64,000 bases of DNA from Escherichia coli (GTDB taxonomy: Bacteria > Pseudomonadota > Gammaproteobacteria > Enterobacterales > Enterobacteriaceae). The stretch lies in assembly GCF_003991155.1 (NCBI RefSeq), contig NZ_CP031293.1, one strand, 5' to 3'. Every line of letters starts with the position of its first letter. The stretch's first letter is position 1. Below are positions 31,350 to 41,060 of the stretch, piece after piece. Below the pieces are notes generated by a model. That model was not told the origin of the DNA. It saw only the letters and a program-made list of their open reading frames with translations, and searched no databases. The position numbers and the translations under genes were made by a program.

Positions 31350-32567
31350 TTATTTAGCCACGGATAGTTTATAAATTTTACCTGGAATATCAAAACCAAC
31401 TAACAAAATTAATAAGGCAGAGAATGCAACCGTAACAATGAATAATGAAACACCTAAGCCATAATATCTAGAAATGTATGTAGCTAATACAGGTGCGGCC
31501 ATTCCTCCAGTTGCCCCTAAGTTATAAATAAGACCGGTCCCTAATCCTCTTAATTTTGTTGGAAAGTAATCATATATAAATTTTGGAACCAACCCTGCAA
31601 TACCTAAATTTGTAAACATTAATCCAAAGAGACATAATCCTATAAGAAAAGAGTTTTTCACAGAAATAAAAAAAAGAGGACAAAGGAAAATAAATGAAGT
31701 TATTAGACCAACTACAAATGTTTTTTTTACACCAATCTTATCACCAACAAAACCAAAAAATATTGTACCTGTCAGTGTACCTAAACCTGCTATTGTCATC
31801 AGAGTTGAAATAACCACTGTATTAACTCCATTATCTGCTAGGTAGGAAGGAAGTAGTCCGTTTATCGGCCAGTTTGCACCAAATAGACAAAAACAGACGA
31901 GGAAAACGATCATAGAGATTGAAAGATGTGGTTTTCTGAAGACAGACAAAAATGTTGATTTATCCTTATATTTATCTTCAATCCACTCCTGACTTTCTGG
32001 AGCACTTTTTCTGATCCAAAGAACTAGTAAAACTGGTAACAGGCCTATAAAAAAAGAGTTTCTCCATCCATATACTTCAGCAAACTGAGGGATTATTTGT
32101 GCCGCAATAATATTTCCAACAGAAAAACCACTTACCAAAAAAGCACTAGCTTTAGATTGAAGATTTTTAGGCCAACTTTCTACTGCATAAGTTGAAGCAC
32201 ATGCATATTCACCAGACATCCCTAAGCCAACAATAAAACGGCAAACTGCGAGCATATATAAGTTTGTAGCAATACCGCTAAGGCCTGTTCCGACTGAGTA
32301 AATGATAATTGCCCACATCATCATTGGCTTACGCCCATATTTATCAGCCATGGCACCAAAAAAACCGCCCCCAATAGGTCTGGCTATGAAGGCCACTGTC
32401 CCTATTAAAGTGGCCTGAATATCCGTAATGCCAAGATCTGCTTTTATAATATGAAGAATGTAAAATATCATCATAAAATCAAAGCCATCAAATACATATC
32501 CAAGCCATGCAGAAAAAAGAGCTTTCCGTTGTGGTGGATTAACTTGTTTATACCATACTGTTGCCAT
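31350..32567 (-). CDS. yjhB: MFS transporter of the sialic acid (NanT) family, YjhB (NanX)-like
   Basis: Start placed at ATG 32567 (MATVWYKQ...) with an AGGAAA ribosome-binding site, giving 405 aa. Major-facilitator-superfamily signature; a NanR-type operator lies upstream. Confidence 0.7.
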   Translation of the reverse strand: MATVWYKQVNPPQRKALFSAWLGYVFDGFDFMMIFYILHIIKADLGITDIQATLIGTVAFIARPIGGGFFGAMADKYGRKPMMMWAIIIYSVGTGLSGIATNLYMLAVCRFIVGLGMSGEYACASTYAVESWPKNLQSKASAFLVSGFSVGNIIAAQIIPQFAEVYGWRNSFFIGLLPVLLVLWIRKSAPESQEWIEDKYKDKSTFLSVFRKPHLSISMIVFLVCFCLFGANWPINGLLPSYLADNGVNTVVISTLMTIAGLGTLTGTIFFGFVGDKIGVKKTFVVGLITSFIFLCPLFFISVKNSFLIGLCLFGLMFTNLGIAGLVPKFIYDYFPTKLRGLGTGLIYNLGATGGMAAPVLATYISRYYGLGVSLFIVTVAFSALLILLVGFDIPGKIYKLSVAK

Positions 32568-32976
32568 ATTTGTTTCCTGTGTTATTCTAATACAGCCCTT
32601 AAAGTAAATATTAGGGAGCCTCAACAATATCCAGCAATAATTATATTGTCTTCAAATACGCCAGTACTATTAATTGTTATCAATACCTAATCAGTACAAT
32701 CTTTTTCTCCATTTCTTCTTAACATATTTCACGCTATGAAAGATAAAACTGATACCCACCTTCAGTTTTGGGTCACCATCAAAAAAAATGTTCGCCAGAT
32801 ATTCCACCACTGGCACAGTTCAACCCTGCTTCAAAAATTGACTTATTCATTGTGCTCATTTTCGTAGTCCGTTCAGGTTGAATAAAACTCCCTTAGTCAA
32901 ATGAGGAAAGACTGAGAGGTTATTACTTTAGCTTACGTTATAGCTGTTTTCCTTTGCAGTATTTCTTTGCTTTTCT

Positions 32977-33000
32977 GTATACCTTTATACCTGTTATACC
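32977..33000. promoter_or_regulatory. NanR-type operator: three GGTATA hexamers (minus strand reads GGTATAACAGGTATAAAGGTATAC)
   Basis: Read directly from the sequence, about 410 bp upstream of the yjhB-like start. The tri-repeat GGTATA arrangement is the known NanR binding architecture. Confidence 0.5.
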
Positions 33001-33597
33001 AGATCAAAAAACAAGCAATCCACATAACAAAACGCGTTTTGTTACTGATGTCACAAATTGAGCATATTTTTGTATCTGATAGTTTGTTACAAACACCACA
33101 ACCAAGATGCCTATTTCGTTTCAGCATCAACTGTTAAATTATCTGGTTGCCAACGAGAATACTGAGCTTTTTTGTCCCTAAGACTGACCGTCAACGCAAC
33201 AATCTTTGACTGTTTGACATTGTCATGCCCGCAGGCCAGCGGATCTAAAGACATCAGACTGCTTGCATCAGCCAGTTGCGTATCTGGCTATGTCCCTTAA
33301 TTGGTAAGGGTTCGAGGAACTCAACATTAACGCATTTTTCAGCGCATCACCGACAGTGTATATGAACGATTGCACTCTGACGATGGTTGATTTATTTGGT
33401 TGCATAGGGGCTAGCTAGTCTGGTACCGGAGGCTGGATCTGAAGTACTGACCCTAGGAATAACGCCGGGCTGACTCATATTCTGACCCATTGTCAGCCCG
33501 CGTGTTTACTGCTCTAGCTCATTTCCTGTTGTCAGGCATTCAATTCCCAACTGCAGGTTATGGCCCGGTGAGCGAACACCTGACGGCAGGTATCACT

Positions 33598-33775
33598 CAC
33601 CCGGAGAAGGTAAATCCCTCAAGGGGCAGCAACTCTGCCAGTCGCTCCTCCGGCCACTCCGGCAGACGTGTCAGGACGTCTGTCAGCCAGGCATGTGGCT
33701 CCAGACCGTTGCGTTTCGCGGTTTCCAGCAAGCTCATTATTTGCGCAGCGCGTTCTCCCGCCATACGACAGCCGT
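33598..33775 (-). mobile_element. IS66-family transposase (TnpC) C-terminal fragment
   Basis: The minus strand encodes ...GERAAQIMSLLETAKRNGLEPHAWLTDVLTRLPEWPEERLAELLPLEGFTFSG*, paralleling the C-terminus of the intact IS66 TnpC in this window (...[40 protein letters not shown]...). Confidence 0.5.
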
Positions 33776-33797
33776 CAGAGCAGTGCGTCAGCGGGCG

Positions 33798-35642
33798 GCA
33801 GTTTTACCTGGGGTGCTGGCAGAGGTGGTTATGGCAGCGCCAGCCGCGATAATATCCACAGCAACTATGATTCCGTTAATGAGCAGAGCGGTATTTTCGC
33901 AGGCCGGGGTTATTTTGATATCACTGTGGGGAATCACACTCAGCTCGATGGTGCGGTGATTGCTTCGACAGCACCTGCCGACAGGAACTCGCTGGACACC
34001 GGTACTCTGGGCTGGTCGGATATCCATAACCAGGCAGACTATAAAGCCAGCTATACCGGAATCAGTTTATCGGGTGGCTCAGGGATGTCAGCCAGCCAGA
34101 TGGTGGCCTCAAATGCAATAGCCGGTGCGGCGAACGCACTTACCGGTATGTCCGGCAGCAGTGGACATGCTGAAGGTACCACGTCATCCGCCATCAGCGG
34201 CGGAAATCTCATTATCCGTGATAAGGAGAGTCAGAAGCAGGATATTGCCGGGCTCAGCCGGGACCCGGAAAACGCCAACGGCAGCATTGCACCGATATTT
34301 GACAAGGAGAAAGAACAGAAGCGTCTGCAGGAAGCGCAGGTTATCAGCCAGATTAGCGGTCAGATGAGTAATATCGTAATGACGTATGGCGAAACTGAAG
34401 CGATGAAAGCAGCCTGGAAAGAGCATCCTGGCATGAGCGATGCACAGTTGCGGGAGACTCCGGAATACAGAGAGGTCATGAAAGGCTACGGTACGGGCAG
34501 TTCGCCGCAGATGGTGGTACAGGCCATCACGGGCGTGCTGGGCGGACTGAATGCAGGGAACCCGGGGCAGGTATTGGCGGGCGGTCTGAATCCGGCAGTG
34601 GCACAGCTTATAAAACAGTCCACCGGCGATAACCGGGAAGCAAACCTGATGGCTCACGCAGTCTGGGGTGCACTTGCCGCACAACTGGGCGGAAACAATG
34701 CGGCTTCCGGTGCTGCTGGGGCATTCAGTGGTGAACTTGCAGCCTGGTATATCATTGATAACTACTACGGTGGTCGTACCGATAACCTGAGTGAACAGGA
34801 ACGTCAGCAAATCAGCATGCTGGCCACCATTGCCTCTGGTATTGCGGGGGGACTTGCAGGCAACAGTACGGCGTCTGCCGGTACGGGTGCACAGGCAGGA
34901 ACTCGGCTGAAAACAATATGCTGAACGTGATAGCCACTGAAACAGCAGCTAATACGGCAGCAGCAATAGCTGGTGCTACAGGTAATGCCAGTAAGGATAC
35001 CGGGAATGATAATAGCTGGGATACCGGTGGTGTTACGCTGGCTACGGGAACAGTGTGCTGTACGTGATCCGAGTCGCGATGGCACCCGAGGACCGGGGCA
35101 TGTGCTGAATGGCGACAATACAGACGGAAACAAACAGCCGAATCTGGGCAAAGACGTAGCGAGCGCAACGGATAAGGATAAAGCTGAGCTTGGTGGTGCA
35201 GGTGCTGGAATACCGGGGGGGATGGGGACCGGATAATGAAGAAAAAGCCCGTCATCAGGAGGTTCAGCAACAACGATTTGATGAACTGAGTAAAATATAT
35301 GATAAAAGTCACCCGGCCGGAGAGTTAACGGTGGATGGGCAGACTATCAGGCAGAGTTCGGTAAGTAACCGTTATGGTACGACGAAAGTGTTTGAAAGCC
35401 AGACTTTGACGGATAAACAGATCCACAATTACGCACAGCAACTGGCAGGCGATACACCGCTGAAAGAGGTAAAATCGGGAATCTACACGTCTAAACTATC
35501 AGATGGTTCGGTAATAACACTTAGAAACATATCTACATCAGAAGGTCAGACAGGCGCTCGTTGGACTATAGATATTCGTAATAACCAAAAGCTTACTGAA
35601 CTGGGGAATAAATATTCACGTGTGGAGATTAAGTTCAAATGA
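33798..35642 (+). pseudogene. Orphan cdiA-CT module 1: displaced 3' fragment of a cdiA gene with frameshifts
   Basis: DNA and protein homology to the pre-toxin region of the main cdiA begins at about 33798 ([51 protein letters not shown]). The VENN-equivalent (AENN, 34906..34917) lies in a different frame from the upstream ORF, and the toxin part is split over at least three frames. Confidence 0.6.
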
Positions 35643-35995
35643 TTACTGAGTTAAGTGAAAGAGAATACAAGGAGTTGACAGACGCTGCAGAGGGACAGAC
35701 TCTTGATGCTATTTTGTGTTATTCAGTTCCTGATATTCACCCTGCAGAGTTTAGTTTTGCAGATAGAAGAGAAATCTTTTTTTGGGCATTAACCCGTCTT
35801 CTGAAAGAAGGGCGTATCAAACTCGCCAAGCACGGTAAGTTTTTGGAAGGAAGTGTTGACGAGCAGGTTGAGCGTTTTCGACAGGCATTTCCGAAAACAG
35901 AAGAAGAGATGGAAGACGGTATCTGGTTTTTTGATGAGAGTTGTCCGGGGGGGGCTGTTTGGGTGCTTGAAGATGGCTCTCTCGAATGGACCTGA
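35639..35995 (+). CDS. Putative orphan CdiI immunity protein (module 1)
   Basis: Intact 118-aa ORF whose ATG overlaps the stop of the orphan toxin frame (ATGA overlap), the arrangement typical of toxin/immunity pairs. Acidic small protein; no family recognised. Confidence 0.55.
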   Translation: MITELSEREYKELTDAAEGQTLDAILCYSVPDIHPAEFSFADRREIFFWALTRLLKEGRIKLAKHGKFLEGSVDEQVERFRQAFPKTEEEMEDGIWFFDESCPGGAVWVLEDGSLEWT

Positions 35996-37112
35996 TAACC
36001 CCTTCACAGCGCAGGATGCGGCGCAGCGAGCGTATAACAACGATATGGCGGCCTCAGTTTTTGGTACCGGAGGGAACGATACAGGCTACAACGGCAGCGG
36101 TACAGGGACTGGCCGGCGGTAATCTGAGTGCAGCCCTGGCAGGTGGTGCAGCACCGTATCTGGCCGAAGTGGTGAAAACCATGACCACAGACCCGGTTAC
36201 CGGTGAGGTGAATAAGGCTGCAAATGTGGCTGCTCATGCCGTGGTGAATGCCGCACTGGCTGTGGCACAGGGAAATAACGCTCTTGCCGGTGCTGTAGGT
36301 GCAGCCACCGGCGAGGTGGTGGGAATGATAGCCACACAGATGTACGGTAAGCCGGTGAGTGAACTGAGCGAGACAGAGAAGCAGACGGTCTCGACACTGG
36401 CAACGGTTGCTGCTGGCCTGGCCGGTGGTCTGGTGGGCGACTCGGGGCTTCAGCGGTAGCCGGCGCACAGTCAGGTAAGACGACTGTTGAGAATAATTTA
36501 CTTGGCGGTAGTGAAGATGCTCAGGCTGCGTGGATACGCCAGCATGGTATCGACATGGCAACATGTGCAGAAAACCCTTCTGGTGCCGCCTGCCAGAAAG
36601 CAATGAATGAGAGGGATGCTGTAGGGCTGGCTCTGGCAACAGGTACAGTGGCACTACTCCCCGGTAGTGCTCAGGCTGTGTGGGGACTGGGAGCAAGTGC
36701 GAATGCTGGTATCAGTTATCTGGCTGATGGTACTGTAGATCCGACAAACGCAGCCATTGCAGGCTGGGTGAATGTGTTCAGCATGGGTAATGGCCTGGCG
36801 GGGACTGTGGGCTGGAATGCGGCAGGTGGTGCGCTGGGTAACTGGATTGACAACAAAGATCCTCTGTCTGGTGCAATTTCAAATGGTATCGGTTCTGCTG
36901 CCGGGTATGGTATCGGTAAAGGTATTACTTGGGGGACAGATAATATTACGAATGCTGTAGGAAAATGGGTGACAAATGGCTGGGATCCTAAGTACGATCC
37001 AACATGGATAAAATATGCTGAAGTAAATCGTAACGATATCATTCGAGAAGGCATGAAACCGAGCAATGTTCTTGGAACTGCTGGAGATATTGGCGGTTCT
37101 ATAGGATCCTAG
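35996..37112 (+). pseudogene. Orphan cdiA-CT module 2: cdiA 3' fragment with a frameshift; glycine-rich predicted membrane-active C-terminal domain; no immunity gene follows
   Basis: Homology to the main cdiA pre-toxin region ([28 protein letters not shown] ... [20 protein letters not shown]) runs up to a VENN motif (TTVENNLLGG) reached only after a frameshift near 36455. The C-terminal roughly 185 aa are Gly/Ala-rich with GxxxG-like spacing. Confidence 0.5.
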
Positions 37113-37162
37113 CTAGGTGGAAAAGTAACTTAGTCTGCAAGGATCAGGAGTTACAGACGGCA

Positions 37163-37348
37163 TTGGCTTTACGCTTACCGTTTTTTTACGCGCCAGAACA
37201 AGACTATGATAGCGTTGCCCTTATAGACGATCACATTATCGTCCACTCCGACTTTGCGCAACTACTGTAGAGTGGTGTACTCCGCGGCTTCTTTGAGGAT
37301 CTCAACTTCCATGTTTTTTTACCCAGCAAGGGCTGTAACTCTTTTATT
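37163..37348. repeat. About 180-bp segment, copy B of the direct repeat (copy A at 11205..11383)
   Basis: See copy A. Here it overlaps the 3' end of the minus-strand OrfA-like gene 37231..37644. Confidence 0.6.
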
Positions 37349-37644
37349 TTTATAGCGGCAGCCAGTTCTGAGGCAGGAACAACATCCTCTCCGGTAGTAA
37401 CAGCAGCGAGACTTCCTTCCAGGTATTGTTTTTTCCACTTAAACAACAGACTGGGCTGAATACCATGCAAATGCGCCACATGGGACACCCTCATGCCAGG
37501 CTCCGTTGTCTGCTGAATAATGGCAATTTTTTCCTGAGGAGTTTTACGTTTACGAAGCTCCTGCCCCAGCAAAGTTCCAGTTATCTCAAAATTAGAACTA
37601 GTGTTAGACATATATCCAAGCCTATCTCTTATTTTAAGATACAT
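37231..37644 (-). mobile_element. IS3/IS66-type helix-turn-helix transposase accessory gene (OrfA-like), probably remnant
   Basis: HTH_Tnp-type region ([44 protein letters not shown]). A run of seven A (GGTAAAAAAACATGG) near the 3' end resembles a -1 frameshift slippery site, but the -1 frame ([16 protein letters not shown]) stops after 16 codons, so no transposase catalytic ORF follows. Confidence 0.5.
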
Positions 37645-37671
37645 CCACTGTCTGGCGTTTCAAGGGGCGCT

Positions 37672-38037
37672 TCAAGTTTTTTCAGACAGTTGAACTAGTA
37701 TACCAATACATTCTTGTTCAGCATCAATGATACATGCTTGGTATGTCGGGAAAAAAACAGAGGTTTCTTTTACAATATATCCACAATCATAACATTGATA
37801 CCATTTCCAGCCTTTTTCCTGAATATAGGAAATATGTAGAAAAAGTGGCAAGACCGATTCGTCTGAGTATCCCTGTTTTTTAGCATTTTCAATGCATAAC
37901 AATTGCGAATTATATGCGTTATCTGATTGAGACAAAAGATATCCATTTTTCTCATGACAATACCATCTCCATTTATTGTCATCAGTCTTATAAAATTTCC
38001 ATATTAATCTCTGATTTCCAGATATCTTATAAATCAT
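37672..38037 (-). CDS. YegP/DUF1508-like small protein (tandem repeat fold), hypothetical function
   Basis: ATG at 38037; the ORF-track start at 38049 is a GTG. Two repeats of the pattern W(K/R)W...NG...(S/A)...Y (RLIWKFYKTDDNKWRWYCHEKNGYLLSQSDNAY and KGWKWYQCYDCGYIVKETSVFFPTY). AT-rich gene. Confidence 0.45.
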   Translation of the reverse strand: MIYKISGNQRLIWKFYKTDDNKWRWYCHEKNGYLLSQSDNAYNSQLLCIENAKKQGYSDESVLPLFLHISYIQEKGWKWYQCYDCGYIVKETSVFFPTYQACIIDAEQECIGILVQLSEKT

Positions 38038-38079
38038 AATATACTCCACTCCCCAAGGAGACGGCCCTGGGGAAGGTAA

Positions 38080-39444
38080 TCAGTGTTCTTTTATATATGC
38101 GGCTCTGTGACGTTCAAGTTCAATTGCACCACGATGTGATAACCAGCAGAAAATGATGCAACAAATAATACCGCAGCCAAGAAGATAAAATCCGCCATGC
38201 CAGCCAATATGATCGACCATAATACCAAACAGGCTGGTGCCCAGAGACGCACCGAAGATATAGCTCATAAAACCGCGTAAGCCTACTGCAGAACCAACAG
38301 CAAAGCTGGGAACGATCTCCATAGTCTGAACGGAAGCCAGAAATTGTGGAACGTAAATCAGGCAACCAACAATGGCAGCAAAAATTGTCACCATAAACAG
38401 CGATTCACTTTTCCAGTAGCCAATCAGGCAAATGAAAATCAGCGCCATACAAATCATCGCCAATGGCATACGACGCCCTTTAAACAGTTTGTCTGACAAC
38501 CAACCGGCAAGTAGCGTGGAAGGGATTGCGGCCCATTCAAAAAATAAAAACGCGACGCTCATTTGTTCTTTAGAAAAATGTTTCACCGTCAGCAGATAAA
38601 TAGGCAACCAGCTAATCATCCCGAAGCGTACCATGTATACAAATACGTCAACCAGTGAGACATACCAGGCATTTTTATTGCGTAATACATAAGTGCAGAA
38701 AATCTGAAAGGCACTCATGTTTTCTGGTGCTTTTACCGTCTGTCGGGTATTCAGGACGACTTTTTCTTCCGGCATCATCTCTTCCAGAGAGGGTAGACCT
38801 TCCTGACGTGGGGAACCTTTACCGAGAATCAGCACAATTACCGCAAAAACGATGGCCACGCAGGCCGGAACGATATAGCTCGCACTTTGCCAGTGCTCGC
38901 TGCCGAGTAGGGCAAAAGCGGCACCAACAATGGGTGCAACAATACCACCACCGACGTTATGAGAGATATTCCAGAAAGCACCAACCCGACCACGCTCCCG
39001 GCGAGGGAACCAGTTAGCAATAGTGATGAAAGAAGGACCAACGCCCATTCCCTGGAAAAGACCATTCAGAATAACCAATACCGCAAAAATCCAGAATGCG
39101 GTGCTGAATCCCAGGCCAACGTTAACGATGGCACATAACACCAGCCCACACGCCATAAAGACTTTCGGACTGGCTTTATCGGCAAGGCTACTCATCACTC
39201 CTTTGCTGATACCATAGGCGATAAGCATACAGCTACTCAGTACGCCAATTTGTGTGGCGCTGAGATCTAATTGCTCTTTAAGATAAGGCGTCGATAAGGT
39301 GAAATTATTACGCACGATATAGTATGCAAGATACCCCAGAAATACACTAAGTAACGCCTGCATACGATAGCGACGATATGTCACCTGAATTTTCTCCGCC
39401 GGAACACTATCCGCCGCTTGCCCCGTTTTAAATATTGATAACAT
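38080..39444 (-). CDS. pgtP: Phosphoglycerate transporter (organophosphate:phosphate antiporter, UhpT/GlpT family)
   Basis: 454-aa MFS of the UhpT/GlpT type, divergent from a pgtC-pgtB-pgtA-like three-gene regulatory operon; AGGTGA ribosome-binding site. Confidence 0.85.
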   Translation of the reverse strand: MLSIFKTGQAADSVPAEKIQVTYRRYRMQALLSVFLGYLAYYIVRNNFTLSTPYLKEQLDLSATQIGVLSSCMLIAYGISKGVMSSLADKASPKVFMACGLVLCAIVNVGLGFSTAFWIFAVLVILNGLFQGMGVGPSFITIANWFPRRERGRVGAFWNISHNVGGGIVAPIVGAAFALLGSEHWQSASYIVPACVAIVFAVIVLILGKGSPRQEGLPSLEEMMPEEKVVLNTRQTVKAPENMSAFQIFCTYVLRNKNAWYVSLVDVFVYMVRFGMISWLPIYLLTVKHFSKEQMSVAFLFFEWAAIPSTLLAGWLSDKLFKGRRMPLAMICMALIFICLIGYWKSESLFMVTIFAAIVGCLIYVPQFLASVQTMEIVPSFAVGSAVGLRGFMSYIFGASLGTSLFGIMVDHIGWHGGFYLLGCGIICCIIFCWLSHRGAIELERHRAAYIKEH

Positions 39445-39788
39445 GTCTTCACCTGTATTTTATATTGATATGAACACTTGGAGTATTCTGACAATGAGAG
39501 TTATATAATTGAGATGAAACATCAAACTGAAAAAATGTGTCACAATTGACACAAATTAATAAAATCAAAGCCTGTTTTTGACCCATTTTATTGATGCATA
39601 GACAGGGTAGATTTATGCTTTATCTGTTTTATTGTTAGCATGTGCGGATATTAACAAATCTCATGCTGATTATCGGGTAATCACTGATTAATATATTAAC
39701 GCTCTCTTTGAGCAGATGTGTTATCAGACGAAGTGTCTGAAACGGGTAATTTTTGTCTCAATGCGATTTTTGCGGTGTATTAATATTT

Positions 39789-41060
39789 ATGACCTGGATC
39801 ACAAACCGATTTTTTAGCTGGTGCGAAATCGGCATCAAAACCATGATTCTTTTACTGTTGTTGATGGATACCGGGGCCGTCAGGGCTCAACGAAATGAAC
39901 TGGTGATGGCCACCACATTCTCACCCGGAGCTACCGCGTGGATAATACAGCGCTGGCAAACAGAGCCTGAGTCGGTAATGATCCGTACGCTTAACCGCAC
40001 CAGTGCCTCACTGGAACAGTTGCTTGATACGGCCAACGTAGAAAACGTCGATCTGATCCTGACTTCATCACCAATGCTGCTCCAGCACCTTCAGGAGCAC
40101 CAGAAACTTGCCCCGTTTGATGATGCACCCGCAGAAAGCCAAAATCTGGTGCCGGAGTCGATCCGTGCAACCTCCGTTGCAGTAGCAATATCAGGTTTTG
40201 GTCTGCTCATTAATCGTCCGGCGCTTTCTGTAAAACACCTTCCTGCCCCTGCTGACTGGGACGATCTTGCTTTGCCGATCTATCAGGACGCTTTATTGAT
40301 GAGTAGTCCGTCGCGTTCAGATACTAACCATTTAATGGTTGAGTCATTACTACAGCAAAAAGGCTGGGTGAAAGGATGGGAAACGTTGCTGACAAGTGCA
40401 GGAAACCTGGTGACAATCTCCTCCCGCAGTTTTGGCGTAGCCGATAAAATAAAAAGCGGACTCGGCGTTGCCGGCCCCGTTATCGATAACTATGCTAATT
40501 TACTGTTAAATGACCCCCATCTCTCTTTTACCTATTTCCCCCGGTCTGCGGTATCTCCCACCTACGTTGCAATTCTCAAGAAAAGCCCACACGCCGATGC
40601 AGCCCGTCGCTTTATTCACTACCTGTTAAGTCCGAAAGGACAGCGTATTCTGGCCGATGCCAATACAGGAAAATATCCGGTGACACCACTTGCCGCAGAC
40701 AACCCGCGGGCAACGCAACAACAGCTCCTGATGAATCAACCCCCGCTGAATTATCACCTTATCCTGAAACGTCAGCGTCTGGTGCAGCGCTTGTTTGATA
40801 CGGCAATTAGCTTTCGGTTAGCACAGCTAAAAGATGCCTGGCGAGCGCTGCACAGTACCGAGGCACGCCTGAAGAAACCATTACCAGAAATACGTGCACT
40901 GTTAACACAAGTGCCCGTTGCAGCGGCCAGCAGTGAAGATCCCTTCTGGCTGGCACAGTTCGATAACAAAAGCTTTGCCGAGCAGCAAATGATGGAATGG
41001 CAACTCTGGTTTCTGAATAACCAGCGCCTGGCGATAAAAAAACTGGAAGAGCTGAAATGA
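39789..41060 (+). CDS. pgtC: PgtC-like periplasmic modulator of the phosphoglycerate transport regulatory system
   Basis: Position and size (first of three co-oriented genes; stop overlaps the pgtB start) match pgtC. Start is uncertain: the ORF-track start at 39753 is a TTG; ATG 39789 gives a plausible signal peptide, and ATG 39843 is the alternative. Confidence 0.65.
   Translation: MTWITNRFFSWCEIGIKTMILLLLLMDTGAVRAQRNELVMATTFSPGATAWIIQRWQTEPESVMIRTLNRTSASLEQLLDTANVENVDLILTSSPMLLQHLQEHQKLAPFDDAPAESQNLVPESIRATSVAVAISGFGLLINRPALSVKHLPAPADWDDLALPIYQDALLMSSPSRSDTNHLMVESLLQQKGWVKGWETLLTSAGNLVTISSRSFGVADKIKSGLGVAGPVIDNYANLLLNDPHLSFTYFPRSAVSPTYVAILKKSPHADAARRFIHYLLSPKGQRILADANTGKYPVTPLAADNPRATQQQLLMNQPPLNYHLILKRQRLVQRLFDTAISFRLAQLKDAWRALHSTEARLKKPLPEIRALLTQVPVAAASSEDPFWLAQFDNKSFAEQQMMEWQLWFLNNQRLAIKKLEELK

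Noticed and set aside
33490-34027. ORFs 33490..33852, 33693..33959 and 33788..34027 around the orphan module junction
   Set aside because: They run across the junction between the IS66-fragment DNA and the cdiA-homologous DNA, or are antisense to it; better explained by the IS remnant and the orphan cdiA-CT pseudogene.
36772-36960. GYGI tetrapeptide inside the orphan module 2 toxin (AAGYGIGKG), considered as a CysK-binding tail
   Set aside because: The CysK-binding GYGI of UPEC 536-type toxins is the extreme C-terminus; here it is internal and embedded in a glycine-rich repeat, so it is most likely coincidental.
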